Shown here in pieces: positions 26,678 through 42,729 of a stretch of 64,000 nt of DNA. The stretch is taken from contig OX597832.1 of assembly GCA_951406725.2 (NCBI GenBank), positions 25,048,001 through 25,112,000 on the forward strand, in the 5' to 3' direction. The stretch is from Octopus vulgaris (taxonomy: Eukaryota). The notes beneath the pieces were generated by a model that saw only the letters and a list, made by a program, of their open reading frames with translations, ran no database searches and was not told where the DNA came from. The first letter of the stretch is position 1, and each line of letters opens with the position of its first letter. Position numbers and translations under genes: made by a program.

Positions 26678-27080
26678 AAGGTGGCGAGCTGGCAGAATGG
26701 TTAGCTCGCCGAGTAAAATGCTTAGCGACATTTCGTTCGTCTTTACGTTCTGAGTTCAAGTGCCACCGGGTTCGACTTTGTCTCTTGTCCTTTCTGGCCA
26801 GAGCAAATAAGCACCAGTCATAAACTGTGATCGACTATATCGAGCTTTGTGCCTATATTACAAATAATTATTAGTTTTATTGAAAGCGGTGAGATGGCAG
26901 AATCGTTAGCGATCTGGACAAAGAGCATAGCGGTCTTTCGTGCATCGTTATGTTGTGAGTTCAGATTTCCCCGAGGTCGACTCTGACATTCCGCCTTTCG
27001 AGGCCGACGAAATACGTACCAGCTGAGTAATGGGATAACTACATGTAATCAAATAGCCACCCCACCCCCAAAATACTCCC
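26678..27080 (+). mobile_element. Two SINE family B copies (another at 25663-25880)
   Basis: AAGGTGGCGAGCTGGCAGAA...GTTCTGAGTTCAA heads. Confidence 0.8.
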
Positions 27081-27133
27081 TATAGTAGAGAGGATTAGTA
27101 TCATCATCATTATTATTATTATTATTATTATTA

Positions 27134-27227
<94 letters not shown>

Positions 27228-27232
27228 CATCA

Positions 27233-27279
<47 letters not shown>

Positions 27280-27767
27280 GGAAGCGGTGGGCTGGCAGGA
27301 TCGCTAGCACACTTACTTTCCCTTTACATTTCCACGTGTAGTTTCTATTTTCTTTTTGTAACATATTTCTATTTTATATATATACACACATATATATATA
27401 TATATATTGATATTGATATTGATATAGATATGGATATAGATATATTGCATACGAGCATGCACATGTTCATTTGTGTTAGAACATAATTGTGAAAAAAGGT
27501 TGATAAAAACCCAATATTGAGTAAAATATTATTTTATTTTAGCTGGCGCTGAAAAGACTGCTCAAGCAGTTTGTGCTCTCTTTTCGGTTACAATGAAATA
27601 TAATATTATGTATGTATGTGTGTGTGTATCTGTGTATGCATGCATGAATGTATGCATATATGTTATTATATATGTACTTATATGTATGTGTGCAACTGTA
27701 TATATTTATATGTATATGTGTGTATGTAGTTATATTTGTGCGTATTATATGTTATATACATACATAC

Positions 27768-27989
<222 letters not shown>

Positions 27990-28458
27990 TATATATATAT
28001 ATATATAAATATGTGTGTATGTGCGTGTGTACATATGATATATACATACACTCATTACCTACCTTTAAGTATAGACAGCGAAACGGCGATACAATTTAAT
28101 GTCGCCATTCTATGCCATTATAGGTTAAGTTACTATTATTAAATATTCTACACAAAAGCAAATGCTCTGTATTTATGGAGTCGGATTTCCATCGAGTCAG
28201 AGAACTTTTTATTCCTGTAATTCAAAGAAGTTTATATATTCAAGAATTTCGCAATCTACCGAATAATATGCATATATTACTTACAGGGGATTCTAAAGAG
28301 AATTTAAAAAATAACACATTGCAGTGGAATATATAATACAATCTGTTTTAGGCAGGAAGGAATAGAAATTACCTATGTATACATACACGTTTGTGTGCTT
28401 GAGTGCATATCTGTCTGTATATATTTGTAGATGTATATCTACCTATCTATCTATATAT

Positions 28459-28578
<120 letters not shown>

Positions 28579-28658
28579 ATATCTATCGATCTATCTATTT
28601 ATCTATCTATCAATCTATCTATCTATCTATCTATCTATCTATATATCTATCGATCTAC

Positions 28659-28746
<88 letters not shown>

Positions 28747-28750
28747 TTAG

Positions 28751-28782
<32 letters not shown>

Positions 28783-29484
28783 TTATCTATCAATTTATCT
28801 GTATTTATATATATATGTTTGATTGTATGTATGTATACATATTTGTGTGCGTGCATGTATTTATAAATATCTACGTACATATGTCTGCACGTACGCAATC
28901 GCAGAACCATAAACGCACCCTCATGCACTCTAGTATGCACATATTTAACAGATATTATTAAAAACACTAAAGTTACCAAAGAGTCTACTACGCCACAAAT
29001 GAAATTATCTACAATAATAAATATTCTAACACACAAACACACGCATATGTTCGTATATATATTATATACATATATATCAATACATATTTTTATATATATA
29101 TATATATACATACATGCAGATATATATATATATAAATATATATATATATGCCTATAATTACAGCTGCATATGGGGAATATCTTTTATTTATGAATGTTTT
29201 ATAACGCACTAGACCATGTTCAGTTTATATCTTTTATGATTGTACTTTTATTAACTGTGAAAGAGAGAGAGAGAAAGAGAAGGAGTACATGTGTGTAAAG
29301 ACAGTAGTCTTGAGAAATTTATGTATAACTTTTCCAGAAATTCACAGTCTCATTTTCCGAAATTTATATTTTGGCCTCTGTGTTGTTAATTTTATGCTCG
29401 TTGAATTTCGGTACCCTTTCTCGACAAAGATTTTTCAACAGTTATTATGAAGCGTCAGCAGTTAGGTGTTGATTATCTATCTAA

Positions 29485-29570
<86 letters not shown>

Positions 29571-29666
29571 GTATGTCTCTCTCTCTCTCTCTTTCCATAT
29601 ATATATATATATATACATATATATATCTGTCTATCTCTCTATCAATCTATTTATATATATATATAT

Positions 29667-29830
29667 ACGATGGGCTTCTTCCAGTTTCCCTCTACCAAAT
29701 CTACTGACAAGGCTTTGGTCGGCCCGAGACTATAGTAGAAGACACTGGCCCAAGGCGCCACGCAGTGTAAGTGAACTCGGAACCATGTGGTTGGGAAGCA
29801 AGCTCCTTACAACACAGCCACTCCTCCACC
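29667..29830 (-). mobile_element. SINE family A, 5' half
   Basis: TACCAAATCTACTGACAAGGCTTTGGTCGGCCCGAG...ACACAGCCACTCCT. Confidence 0.85.
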
Positions 29831-29921
29831 TATATATACATACATACATATACATATTTATATATATATGCGTACGTATATGTATCTTCTACACATACAT
29901 ATATATACATATGTGTGTGTG

Positions 29922-29972
<51 letters not shown>

Positions 29973-29976
<4 letters not shown>

Positions 29977-30262
29977 AAAAGGTTAAGGTAGAAAATCCTG
30001 AAATAATTTTCTCATAAAAAAACATTTTAGTACCGGTTTCAGTCATTGAGATGTTTTCAATTTTAATTATGGAAAACGAACATTTGCATCGTATTCAAAT
30101 ACTATGAAAATTTTCTTTTAGAAAACTTTTCCTTTAATTTTTCCAAATTTTAATTGTTTTCCATACTTAGAGTTGAAAAAGTACCAATGACTGGAACCAG
30201 TACTAAAATTATTTTATGAGAAAATTATTTTAGCATTTTCTATCTTGAAATTTTTCTTCCTA
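29973..30262. mobile_element. Second fold-back element with HHR-like motifs in both arms
   Basis: AAATAATTTTCTCATAAAA...TTTTAGTACCGGTTTCAGTCATTG is mirrored by CAATGACTGGAACCAGTACTAAAA...TTTTATGAGAAAATTATTT. Confidence 0.8.
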
Positions 30263-30319
30263 CATATCAACACGTGTGTTCCTTTTCAAACTTCTACACT
30301 CCCCCGCCCCACACACATA

Positions 30320-30730
30320 AAGGCTTGGTGGCATGGCTTTCTAGCCACATGGTTCCGGGTTCAGTCCTACTGCATGGCATATTAAGCACGTATCTTCTTC
30401 TGTAGTCCCGGACTGACCAAAACCTTGTGAGTGGATATGCTGGGCGGAAACTGAAAGAAGCCCGTCGTGTATATATATATATATATATATATATATGCCT
30501 GTGTGTGCATATGTGTGTGTGTGTGCGTATGTGTGTGTGTGTGTGTGTGTGTGTGTATTTACGACCCCTTAACTGACCGGTCCGGCGAAAGAGTATACAG
30601 AATAGGAGCCAGGTGTCAAAAGGTAAGCGGTGGGGTCGATTCCTTCGTCTAAAATTCTTCAAACTGGTGCCCCAGCATGGCCGCAGCCTAATGACTGAAA
30701 AGAAAGTAACAGGTAAAAGATAAAAGATGA
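30320..30730 (+). mobile_element. SINE family A, diverged
   Basis: CCACATGGTTCCGGGTTCAGTCC...GGAAACTGAAAGAAGCCCGTCG...CAGCATGGCCGCAG. Confidence 0.85.
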
Positions 30731-32157
30731 ACAAGCGAAGATGCAACCTTCGGCGCACGCAAACACACACACACACACACACACACACTCGCATACATAC
30801 GTACATACACATACACACACGATGCCCACACAAACACACCCACTCACACATATATACACATACACACAAACACACACGTATCGATACACATGCATTTATT
30901 CAGTAGCAAAGCACCTGTTTTCGCTGTAATAAGCAAATGAAGGGGGCGGCGAATTTTTATAACAAAGGAAAATCAATACGTTGAGATCGATACCGTAATC
31001 AATGATTCATGTTACCCTTCTCTCCAACCATGAACTGCTGAAAATAGATCTTTTTATCGAACCCCCGGATCATTTGTTTCATTTATTATAAGCATCATTA
31101 TCGTCGTCGTCGTCATCATCATCATCATCACCAACACCACTATCATCATCATTATCATCATCATCATTATCATCATCATTATCACCACCAACATCATCAT
31201 CATCACCAGCATCACCACCATCATCACCACCAGCACCACCACCATCATCATCATCATTATTATCATCATTATTTTTATTGAAAAATGAAAAGGACAAAAA
31301 TTTTAGAAGAATATTTTACATATTGAAATTAACTTATTTTCTCATCATTAATTCTAGTATTGTTCTTCCTTTAACGGTACCTGCTTCGGTTGTTACTCCA
31401 CCATAACGATGTAGAAATTCGACCCCACTCCCCACCTCTGAATATTTCAATTTGATTTTCGTTTGTGATCGATCGCTTTGTGCCCTTCTTGTTTTGTGGA
31501 AAGGTAACTCATCGTCAGAAGTCTTTAGTTTTGAAAATTACAACACGCTAACACACCTATATAGAAGGAGTACACTATGGGAAATCTAAGAACATTTGCA
31601 ACCTTGGTGATATTTGTTTCGATGCTTTACGATCTGAGTTCAAATCCTGTCATAGCCTGTTTGGGTGCTAGACTGATTCAGGCACCTGGGTTAACATTCC
31701 TGCCTATCAGTACAGTTCAGTATTTTGTAAGCATTTGAGTCTGGGCTCCAGTTTCGCGATGCATTCCTCCGTCCCTCCTTCCTTCACGCGATTCTCAGAA
31801 CTCCTGTAGACAGTCGTGGGTTATACTTTCGTATATGATAACCCGATAAAAAAAATAAGACTATCTAACGACACAATAAACGTTTAGAGACGCTTATGCA
31901 CATACACACAAACGCACAAATACATACTCACATACGCACACACATACACACACACACACACATACACACATACACACACACACCTGTATGTGGGTCTTAT
32001 GTGCATGTTGATGCGAACGTAAGCATCACTGATTTGCTAAGGAGTTCGGATGAGTATCTTAAGTTACCGAGTTTTGTCCCATTGCGTCTTATATTGGACA
32101 AGTAGCTTTACTGTTACTTCGAATTTCACCTAAACTTTATGAATAAAACTGGATCAC

Positions 32158-32840
32158 AGGCGTGGCTGTGTGGTAAGAAGCTTAGTTCCCAACTGCATGT
32201 TTCCAGGTTAAGTCCCACTGCGTGGCACCTTGGACAAGTGTCGTCTACTATAGCCTCGGGTCGACCAGAGCCTTGCGTCAAAAGTGACCGATAGAATAAG
32301 TGCTAGGCTTACAAAGAATAAAGTCCTCGATTTGTTAGACAGAAAACCCCCTGAAGGTTGTGCTCCAACTTGGCCGCAGGCAAATGACTGACACTAATAA
32401 ACAGAATAAAACTGGATGTATTTGTGGTTGAAAAAAACAAGGTTATGGCACACCCTGTCACGCTGAGTTTGGTCAACTGTTAAATTGAAATATTCGCTTA
32501 CATTACAAATCGTCCATCGAATAATACAAGGTGGAGATCCACTTTAGCTTCTGTATATACACAAGCCTTGTGAGTGGTTTTGGTAGAGGGAATCTGTATG
32601 TGTGTGAGTGTGTGTGTGTGTGTTTAAGTTTATCGTCCACCACTGTTTGACAACCGGTGTTGGTGCGTTTATGTTCCCCTCACCTAGTGGTTCTGCAAAA
32701 GAAAACGATAGAATAAGTACCTAGCTTTCAAAAACAAAAACAAAAGAATAATAAGTACTGGGCTTAATTCATTCGACTAAAAATTCTTCATGGCGGTGTG
32801 CCCCAGCCTGGCCGCAATGTAATAGATGAAACAGGCGTAA
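32158..32840 (+). mobile_element. Two partial SINE family A copies
   Basis: GGCGTGGCTGTGTGGTAAG head; GATAGAATAAGT and TGGCCGCA tail motifs each occur twice. Confidence 0.8.
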
Positions 32841-34685
32841 GATAATACATATAGAGATACATACACACATATATACATATATAATACATACATACATATA
32901 TACATACATACATAGATTTATAATGCATACATGCATACTTACATACATACATACATACATACATACACACATATATACATACTTACGTACATACATACAT
33001 ACATACATAAATACATGCATACATACATACATACACATATACATACATAATACATATATACATAATACACACATACAGACATACAGACATACACACATAC
33101 ATAATACATACATACTTACATACATAGAGCATGTCTAGCTATGCAACTATATGCGTGAGAATACATACATAAAACAAAACATAAAAATCTGCACATATAC
33201 ATACATATATGCATACAAAAATACCTTGTTGTTGATGTTGAAATGTCAATAAGGGCGCCTAGGTTAGAAACCGGCTCTTTCCCTTTTGACAAGAAATCTT
33301 GAAATAAAACTGAACAATGACATACATACACACACATATACATTCTTACGTACATACATACATACATACACACGCATATACATACTTACGTACATACATA
33401 CATACATACATACATACATACATTCATACATACATACATACATAACTGAATATCCGTAGGTGTTGTTATCGACGGTATTCAAATTTCAAAGAGACAGACG
33501 ATTACACGCCTACAATTAAACATACATGAAGCAGATAAGCAAATATAATAAATTAATTATCCAGTAATTTCCGAAATTAAAAACAGCCCCACCCCATCCT
33601 CACAACACTCATTCACAAACCTATTGTAGAAAAACATTGAATGACACTCGAAAGAATTTTAAATTCCAAACATCATATTAATTACTATATTTAGCATCCA
33701 AAATTATGTTGTATATCGCCATCTGCTTTCTATTCTTGCTTCAGATTGTGCCGTGGCTTACTTTGTCTTTCTTCCCTCCAGGGGTTAGTTATGAAATGTA
33801 CCACTCAAGTATTGGGGAGTGGGAAGGTCGATGTAATCGTCTTGCGATCTCACTTCATAATTGCTAGCCTTGAGCCAAGGACAGAAAGAATTATTCACTG
33901 ACGGAAATAGAATATTCTAGGTCGTAACTTGTCGCTAAGATGTCGGTAAAAATATAGCCTTCTGTTTTTGTTTTTTTTTTTCTTTTTTCTGAAGGCCGTG
34001 TTGCTTTGTGTTGAACGACTTAATCCAGCACTCTTAATCAAAACTTGTTAGTTACTATGTTGGCAACACTACCTATTTATCTATCTTTCACAAACTTACA
34101 CTTTCACTCACACTCACTGTATTTCTCACTCAACAACAGCTTCTTCTCCTCCCATTATTCCCTCACTCTACAGAGAATATGTTACGGACAGATCGAAGGG
34201 ATCAGCTTCTATCTTATAATATAAATTGGATTAGCAACAAAATGAAATGACATGCATTTACAGAGGGATTGAAACCTTGTCCTACCTGGCGAAGCTTACA
34301 GCGTATTACGCAGTGCTCCGCGGTTTGAGTATATAAATAATGCACAAAAGGAGCATCCGAGTATAATGAAGTGGCAATAATTAATCGTTTAATGGCTAAT
34401 TGAGGAATTTGTATTCGACGTAATCTGAAATTTAATGAATATTTTCAATCGCGATATGTTGCCATAGATACTGCAAGTTTAAGTATGGTTGTGTTTTTGG
34501 TTCGTCGGTCAGAGCTAATTAAATACACAGCAGACAAATCCATCCATCCATCGACCCATCCATTCATCCATCCATTCATCCATACATACATACATACGTG
34601 CATACATACATACATACACACATACACGCAGATAGTGATATGTACATACGTACATACAATCACAAGCAAGAACAGCGTATATGTT

Positions 34686-34748
<63 letters not shown>

Positions 34749-34939
34749 ACATATAGGTATGTATAAATATATGAATGTGTAATGTATGTGTATGCATGAA
34801 TGTATCTATATATGTAAGCATGTATGTATCAGCATATGTGTGTTTCATAATGATGTTCACTCTGTCAACAACACTCAAATTGTTTGTATTTCCTGTTAAT
34901 TATTATCGTTAATTGATCTATTAATCATAAAATATAAAA

Positions 34940-34989
<50 letters not shown>

Positions 34990-35088
34990 TATCGGTTTGT
35001 AAGGAAATAACTATATAAGCATAGAGAGTTAAAAGTGCATTAAAAATGGGAAAATTGGTGGTATATATATACTCATCGTAGACGCGCG

Positions 35089-35133
<45 letters not shown>

Positions 35134-36380
35134 ATATATACATACAGACACACACGCACACAACATGCACACGCTCAAATATATATATCAAGAAAGATAG
35201 CTTGGGCGGAGTGCAGCCCATCGTAAATATAGTGGTCGCAAAGTAGAGCCTAACCTCTTCACACAACTCTTTGTATTTTCATTGATGTCTGTTGGATCCT
35301 TTGAAACTGTTCGGCTTCGTTAGCTCAGAGCAAAGGGAGGCTCACATACTCTGCTTTGAATCTGACCATTTACAGGTTAACACATTGTTTAGTTCCGCTA
35401 CTGTATAACCTGTATTCCAATGATCGCCGAATGGAGCAGGATTCTTAAAGGATTATCTATGCCTTCAATCTGCGTGTAACATCTTAAGAAAGTACATTTC
35501 AAGAAGTAACTGTGACCCCCAAACGTGATCTAGCTGAGGGACTCCTTCCATATGACTACCCACTCCCATACTCCAAGTCAATAAAAGCCGTGTTACTTAA
35601 ACTCCAGAAATACAAAAGTTCACCAACTTCTCAACATTACATGGTGTAAATCACTTTAATGTACGGAGCTTTTACTGCTTGTCTCGAATTAGGCCTCGCT
35701 GGCCTCTAATCCCTTTATTAAGGAGTATGTAAAAATATAACATAAATTGGAATTTACCTTCTGCAATAACTTATTATAGAATTTGATGGTTCCAAATAGG
35801 TGGCCAAATCACAAAATATTTACTGCTTTGATTTTCTGTTAATATTCTGTTGTGAATGCACCTACTATTGATCGCCGATTGCTTGAAACTGCACTAACAT
35901 ATATAAAACTGCATGTCTACGTTGGCATTTTCCCTGCTGAGATTACACCGAATCATATGTAACATTGAATTTCGAGCTATCAATGTGGCAATGCTATCGA
36001 CGAATCGACATTCCTATAAGCGATGGGGTTTATTTTTGTTCATAATAAACACCAGCTCATACGAGGGTAACAGTATGTGGACCCATGAACTAAATTCCAG
36101 AAAATGAGAAACGGATAATAAGACGACGTAATTGGGAGTACATAGGCATATAGATCGATACGTAAGTAGTAAAAGCAGACATATCGATATACTGTAACCG
36201 ATTAATAATGATTGGTAGAAACGTAGCTTTATATAAGCTTGTCTGTATTAATATGTTACGATGTTTAATATGCGCTAGCGTGTGTATGTACTGAAGTAAA
36301 TATACATACATATATGCATATACATATATATATATATATGTCTATGTGTGAGAGAGATCGTGAGTGAGAGTGCGGGTAAA

Positions 36381-36423
<43 letters not shown>

Positions 36424-36706
36424 ATAGATAGACAAACAGATATACATATACATACATACGTACATTCATACTTACACGCACACGCACACACAAGCATACA
36501 CACACACACACATGGTTAAATGCACGTACGTATTTATAAAAGAAATGCACGTAAACATGCGGTGCGGTCTACCTCAGGATTCTTGGTCAGTTCACATCAT
36601 ATACCGACATTTTCCTTTATAGATGCAAGTGGATTCCAACAGTTCCTTCTATCATGCAATATATATGTTCTACTCTATTGATATTCTTTATCAAAGAACA
36701 TGCAAT

Positions 36707-36797
<91 letters not shown>

Positions 36798-36896
36798 CAT
36801 ATATATATACATATATATATATACATGTATGCGTGTGTGTATATATACATCTATAAATATATACATATATATTAGAATATATGTATTAACGTATGC

Positions 36897-36944
<48 letters not shown>

Positions 36945-37882
36945 CGGTATGTGATTTTTAAATATATGCACGTTCGTGTGTGTGTATTTTTATGATGTAC
37001 TATTATGAGATGAGAAAAAAGTATATATGTACTGAAAATATATGCTTTCTGTGATATAAAACGATTTCATTTACTTACAGAATAGCAAAAAAAGATAATA
37101 ATAACAGCAAAAATAAAACGTATCAACCAAAAACATAGAATTAAATAGCACACGTATAGAGATAAGGACAGAGAGGATTAACTTATCGAATGCAAGTATT
37201 TTGGTAATCTAATTTAAAAGAAATAACGCGCCGGGCAACAGAATCCTAACGTGCGTAAGGACGTGCGTACACGCACAAATACATACTCAGAGAGACACAC
37301 ACAGAAGCGTGCAAACGCTTTTAAAGGCTCATTACTGGCTTCCTTTCTTTGGTGCTTTCATAGATTCAATACCTTCACAGAGTCTTCATTTTCTAAAAAA
37401 TATTATCACGCAATGAATACTTTCAGAAAACATCCCCGTTTAAATTCAGTTTCTACTTTTTTTTTGTTGTTTTTTTCTCGATGGTTTTGTATATAAAATG
37501 TGGTTTGCTGGCATTTTTTAGTTATTTGGTTTATTGTTTTTTGTGTCTTTGTTCTTGATAAATCCTTTTTTTTTTTATCCTCGGCGAAGAAAATATAGTC
37601 ACGTGCTGGTATATAATGCTTTGAATTAATGCAAACAGAAATCATGGAAAAATAAACAGCTGTGTGTATATGTGTGCGCATATTTAAGTCTTTGTATCTT
37701 TATGTGTGTGTATATATTTGTGTACATTTATACAGATGTATCTCAGTGTGCTTGTATGCCTATATATTTGCTGGACCATTGAACTCAACACGTTTTTCAT
37801 TCTGTTATTCATTATCTTATATACACACAAACACACATATATATATATATATAAAAGAATAAAGAATATATATATATATACT

Positions 37883-37956
<74 letters not shown>

Positions 37957-38024
37957 TACATATATATTCGCTGGACCATTGAGCGCAATACGTTTTTTTC
38001 ATTCTCTCTATATATATCTCCTTT

Positions 38025-38145
38025 TATTCCTTTCTATCGAAGAGCTTAGGCTCGAAACGTCAAATATTTTTCCATTTTTCCCAAGCGTCAAACAAATACA
38101 CTTGCTTGATGTTTCTACACCTGTCTTCGTCTTTGTTTTTCTATA
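38025..38145 (+). mobile_element. HHR-bearing short repeat (family with 7437 and 42465)
   Basis: CTTT CTATCGA A GAGC TTAG GCTC GAAAC GTC AAA, followed by a conserved ACACCTGTCTTCGTCTTTGTTTTT tail. Confidence 0.65.
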
Positions 38146-38153
38146 GCTATGAG

Positions 38154-38197
<44 letters not shown>

Positions 38198-38205
38198 GTG
38201 AGTAG

Positions 38206-38238
<33 letters not shown>

Positions 38239-38331
38239 TGTATGGGAATATATAAATATATATATACACACATATATATATATATGAATGTAAACTGCTT
38301 GCACACACACACACTCATATATAGTATATGA

Positions 38332-38394
<63 letters not shown>

Positions 38395-38462
38395 ACATAC
38401 TTATATGTATACAAATATATCTGTATATAACTTGATAGATATAATAGATAGCTAGATAGAAC

Positions 38463-38525
<63 letters not shown>

Positions 38526-39098
38526 TAAACACATGTGGAAGCACATTCTTACACGTAGTTTATAGCATTAGGCCGTATCTGGGGCCGGAAAAATATTCAT
38601 AACATTTAAAGAATCTTATTAAAAACTATAAAATGTTTTCAACATCTTTTATCTCAGCACCATTCCTGTTTTTACTTTCACTTCTTTCATATCAACTTGT
38701 CATTCTGTTTTATCAATATATTTTAATATTGGCAAAATTATTGCTATTTCCGTTCATGTTTTCACGTTCTTGTGTATCTATCGGTTTTATTATTATTATT
38801 ACTATTATTACCATTATTGTTATTATTATTATGCTTGGTATATTTTTTTTTAATCAAGGAACAGGAAATTTGGACTTAATCATTCCTATGATCAGCAGTA
38901 ATGCCATGGTGTGAGATTGATCGATTTCATTTCTTAGAGAAAACCAGATAAATAAAAGGCAAAAAAATTGTTTATGTTTATGAAAATGATTACATACAAT
39001 CTCCTCTTATAAATATGTATGCATGCATGCAAGTATGCATATACATGTATATGTATATATATACATATATATATATATATGAGGGGTGTTTACATTAA

Positions 39099-39143
<45 letters not shown>

Positions 39144-39208
39144 GTATACATATATATTTATATACATGAATATATATATATATATATATAAATGTATATA
39201 TATATATA

Positions 39209-39242
<34 letters not shown>

Positions 39243-39265
39243 TATATATATATATACATTTATAT

Positions 39266-39404
39266 AAGGGAAGTTCCTTGCCGTAACCTAGCACAACGTT
39301 TGTATGTACAAACCCATATGATATGATAGGATACGGTAAGATATGATTAGATATGATATATGATATGATATGATGTGGTATGATATTATGTATAGGCGTA
39401 GGAG
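39266..39404. repeat. 139-bp inverted duplicate of 41321-41459
   Basis: AAGGGAAGTTCCTTGCCGTAACC...TATAGGCGTAGGAG is the reverse complement of CTCCTACGCCTATA...GGCAAGGAACTTCCCTT. Confidence 0.95.
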
Positions 39405-39452
39405 GAGGAGGAGGAGGAGGAGAGGTGATGATGATGATGATGGTGATGATGT

Positions 39453-39495
<43 letters not shown>

Positions 39496-39501
39496 TGTAT
39501 A

Positions 39502-39539
<38 letters not shown>

Positions 39540-39621
39540 AAAGAGGACAACAAGCGTCAAGACATAGCAAGTTACTCAAGTCATATGCATATTTTTTATA
39601 TCATTCTTAAAGTATTTGAGG

Positions 39622-39695
39622 TCTGACAGCTGTTTCTGGGATATCCCAAGTGATAGGCGAGTATGCCTGAATATCGGGTATTCTATCGTCAGAGA
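39622..39695 (-). ncRNA. Minimal type-I hammerhead ribozyme with long helix II
   Basis: Minus strand reads TCT CTGACGA [TAGAATACCCGA...TTGGGATATCCCA] GAAAC AGCT GTC AGA. Helix III is the palindrome ACAGCTGT. Confidence 0.75.
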
Positions 39696-40140
39696 TAAAT
39701 AGAAAATATCAACGATCTAGGTATGGAAATATTCAGATAAGAGATGTAGACATGAAAACTTACAGCTAATAAGCAAATAAGAAAATAAAGAAATAAAGAA
39801 ATCACGCTAACGATTCATTTTCCAAGGGTATGAATGCCCTGAGGTAAAATCCATAGTAAATCCAGGTGTTATCATAGTAAATTATAATTAGTGTTTCCAC
39901 AGCGTAGATATCCAGGAAATATTTTGGGAGCACTGGGATTAGTGGGTTCATATGTGGTTAGGCTGTTGCGCTCACGATCGCGAGATCTTGCTTTCGATTC
40001 CTTGTCTAGGATGCCCGTTGTGTTCTTGTCAAGAACACTTCATTTCACGTTGCTCCAGTCACCCCTTTCAATTAGCTTGTGGTACGTTGGCCCTGTCGCC
40101 TTGCCTGCGGGGTGGCATCATTTGAAGGTTAAAACAATGC

Positions 40141-40221
<81 letters not shown>

Positions 40222-40377
40222 CAGATAGATGATGGACTCTCGCGTCAAAGACGACGTATAAACGTTCAGCTTTTGCCGATCGACCTGATCTTAAGAGACA
40301 ATTGGTGGAAACGTGCGTAGCTTTGCATTAAATGCTTATAAATTCCTTGCGATAGTTAAATGATTATTATCATTATA

Positions 40378-40415
<38 letters not shown>

Positions 40416-40865
40416 AATTGAGATAGGGGTTGTAAATGCAACCTTCCATGGGATAACATATATCCAATATACTGCTAGTGAAGTACCCAACAGAGTTAAG
40501 TTAATACATAGATGTTAAGGATTGCGACGCAATCAATTCATTTACTGTATTATATGGGCAAAGGTAAAATGATTTACCACAAATTACTAATACAAGATAA
40601 TACGTTATGGGTATTCAAATAATGCTCCTATTTCATTATGCCGGCCACCATCTAATGATACTGAGTAGTAAGTACGTTTTTCGGGATTGCTTCATGGTTA
40701 TACCGATATAATGTAGGATAAATATAATAACAAGAATAATTCTAGCATGGCATTTATAAATATTTAATACATCACTAAGAGTGTTTCCACAAATTACATG
40801 ATTTTGACATGCGCGCGTTGCTATGTATTAAATGTTGATAAATTCCATCCTAGAATTATATATAT

Positions 40866-41330
<465 letters not shown>

Positions 41331-42028
41331 TATACATAATATCATACCACATCATATCATATCATATATCATATCTAATCATATCTTACCGTATCCTATC
41401 ATATCATATGGGTTTGTACATACAAACGTTGTGCTAGGTTACGGCAAGGAACTTCCCTTTTGTACAAACGTCAAGTTACATTGCGTATTCTTAATTTGTA
41501 TATCATTTCAAACCAGGGCCGTTTCCGATCGAACATACTCCCCCTTGGAAACATTTTAATTTCTATCAAACTACTTCTCAAATAATTTCCCAGAACCCAT
41601 GAATTGTCTCACGTATCTTTTAGTCAATATAATACGATATAATATGGTATTAATTTGACTTCTATTTCTAGTAATAAGAACACCTACATTCCGCTTTGTT
41701 AGCATTTACCTTTATCATCGTTTTCAATACGTCAGTGCTATTCGATTGTCAGGAATAATGCACGGTCAAGACATTTTCTTACAAGTACCCTCATTCACAA
41801 AGGAATCTATCTTTGATCGTGAATGATGAAGTGGCAATATTGAAGGTATTGACGACCATACAGACAGCATAAAGGAAATAGAGACTGTGGTCCGTATCGT
41901 GAGTATGGACAGCATTCACACTATGGAGAGGATTAAGAGTCTTATTAAGAAAGTAATTTCAAAGAATAGGAAATGGATTCATGGAGACAAATAGGCGCCA
42001 GAGATGCACACACACACGCACACACACG

Positions 42029-42076
<48 letters not shown>

Positions 42077-42254
42077 GATATACACACACGTACAGAAATA
42101 TGTGATTCTGTGGCTGTGTTTGTGTGCATATATATATATATATATATATGAAAAGAGAGAGAGAGAGAGAGCGAGAGATGTATATATACACATACACACA
42201 CATATATACATTGCCTATAAATATAATGTATATGGTTGTGTATGTGTGTGTATG

Positions 42255-42353
<99 letters not shown>

Positions 42354-42464
42354 TCTCTCCTCCCCCTCTCTATCTATGTCTATCTATCTATCTATCTACC
42401 TCGTCGTCGTAGACGATCGAATGCCAGGCAATCATATTTGAAGATATCAATATATATCTTCCTC

Positions 42465-42600
42465 TCAATCCTTTCTGTCGAAGATCGTAGGCTCGAAACG
42501 TAAAAGACTTCTTCATTCTTCCTCAGCGTTAAACTAAAACACCTGCTTGTTGCTCCTGCGCCTGTCTTCGCTTTTTGTTTTCTTTAAATTTTCAACAAAA
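42465..42600 (+). mobile_element. HHR-bearing short repeat
   Basis: CTTT CTGTCGA A GATC GTAG GCTC GAAAC GTA AAAG, with helix I CTTT/AAAG. Confidence 0.65.
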
Positions 42601-42606
42601 CACACG

Positions 42607-42645
<39 letters not shown>

Positions 42646-42729
42646 ACATACACACACATATATATATATATATTAACGTATGTATGTATATATGTATGTA
42701 TATCGACATCTTCAAATATGACTGATTGG

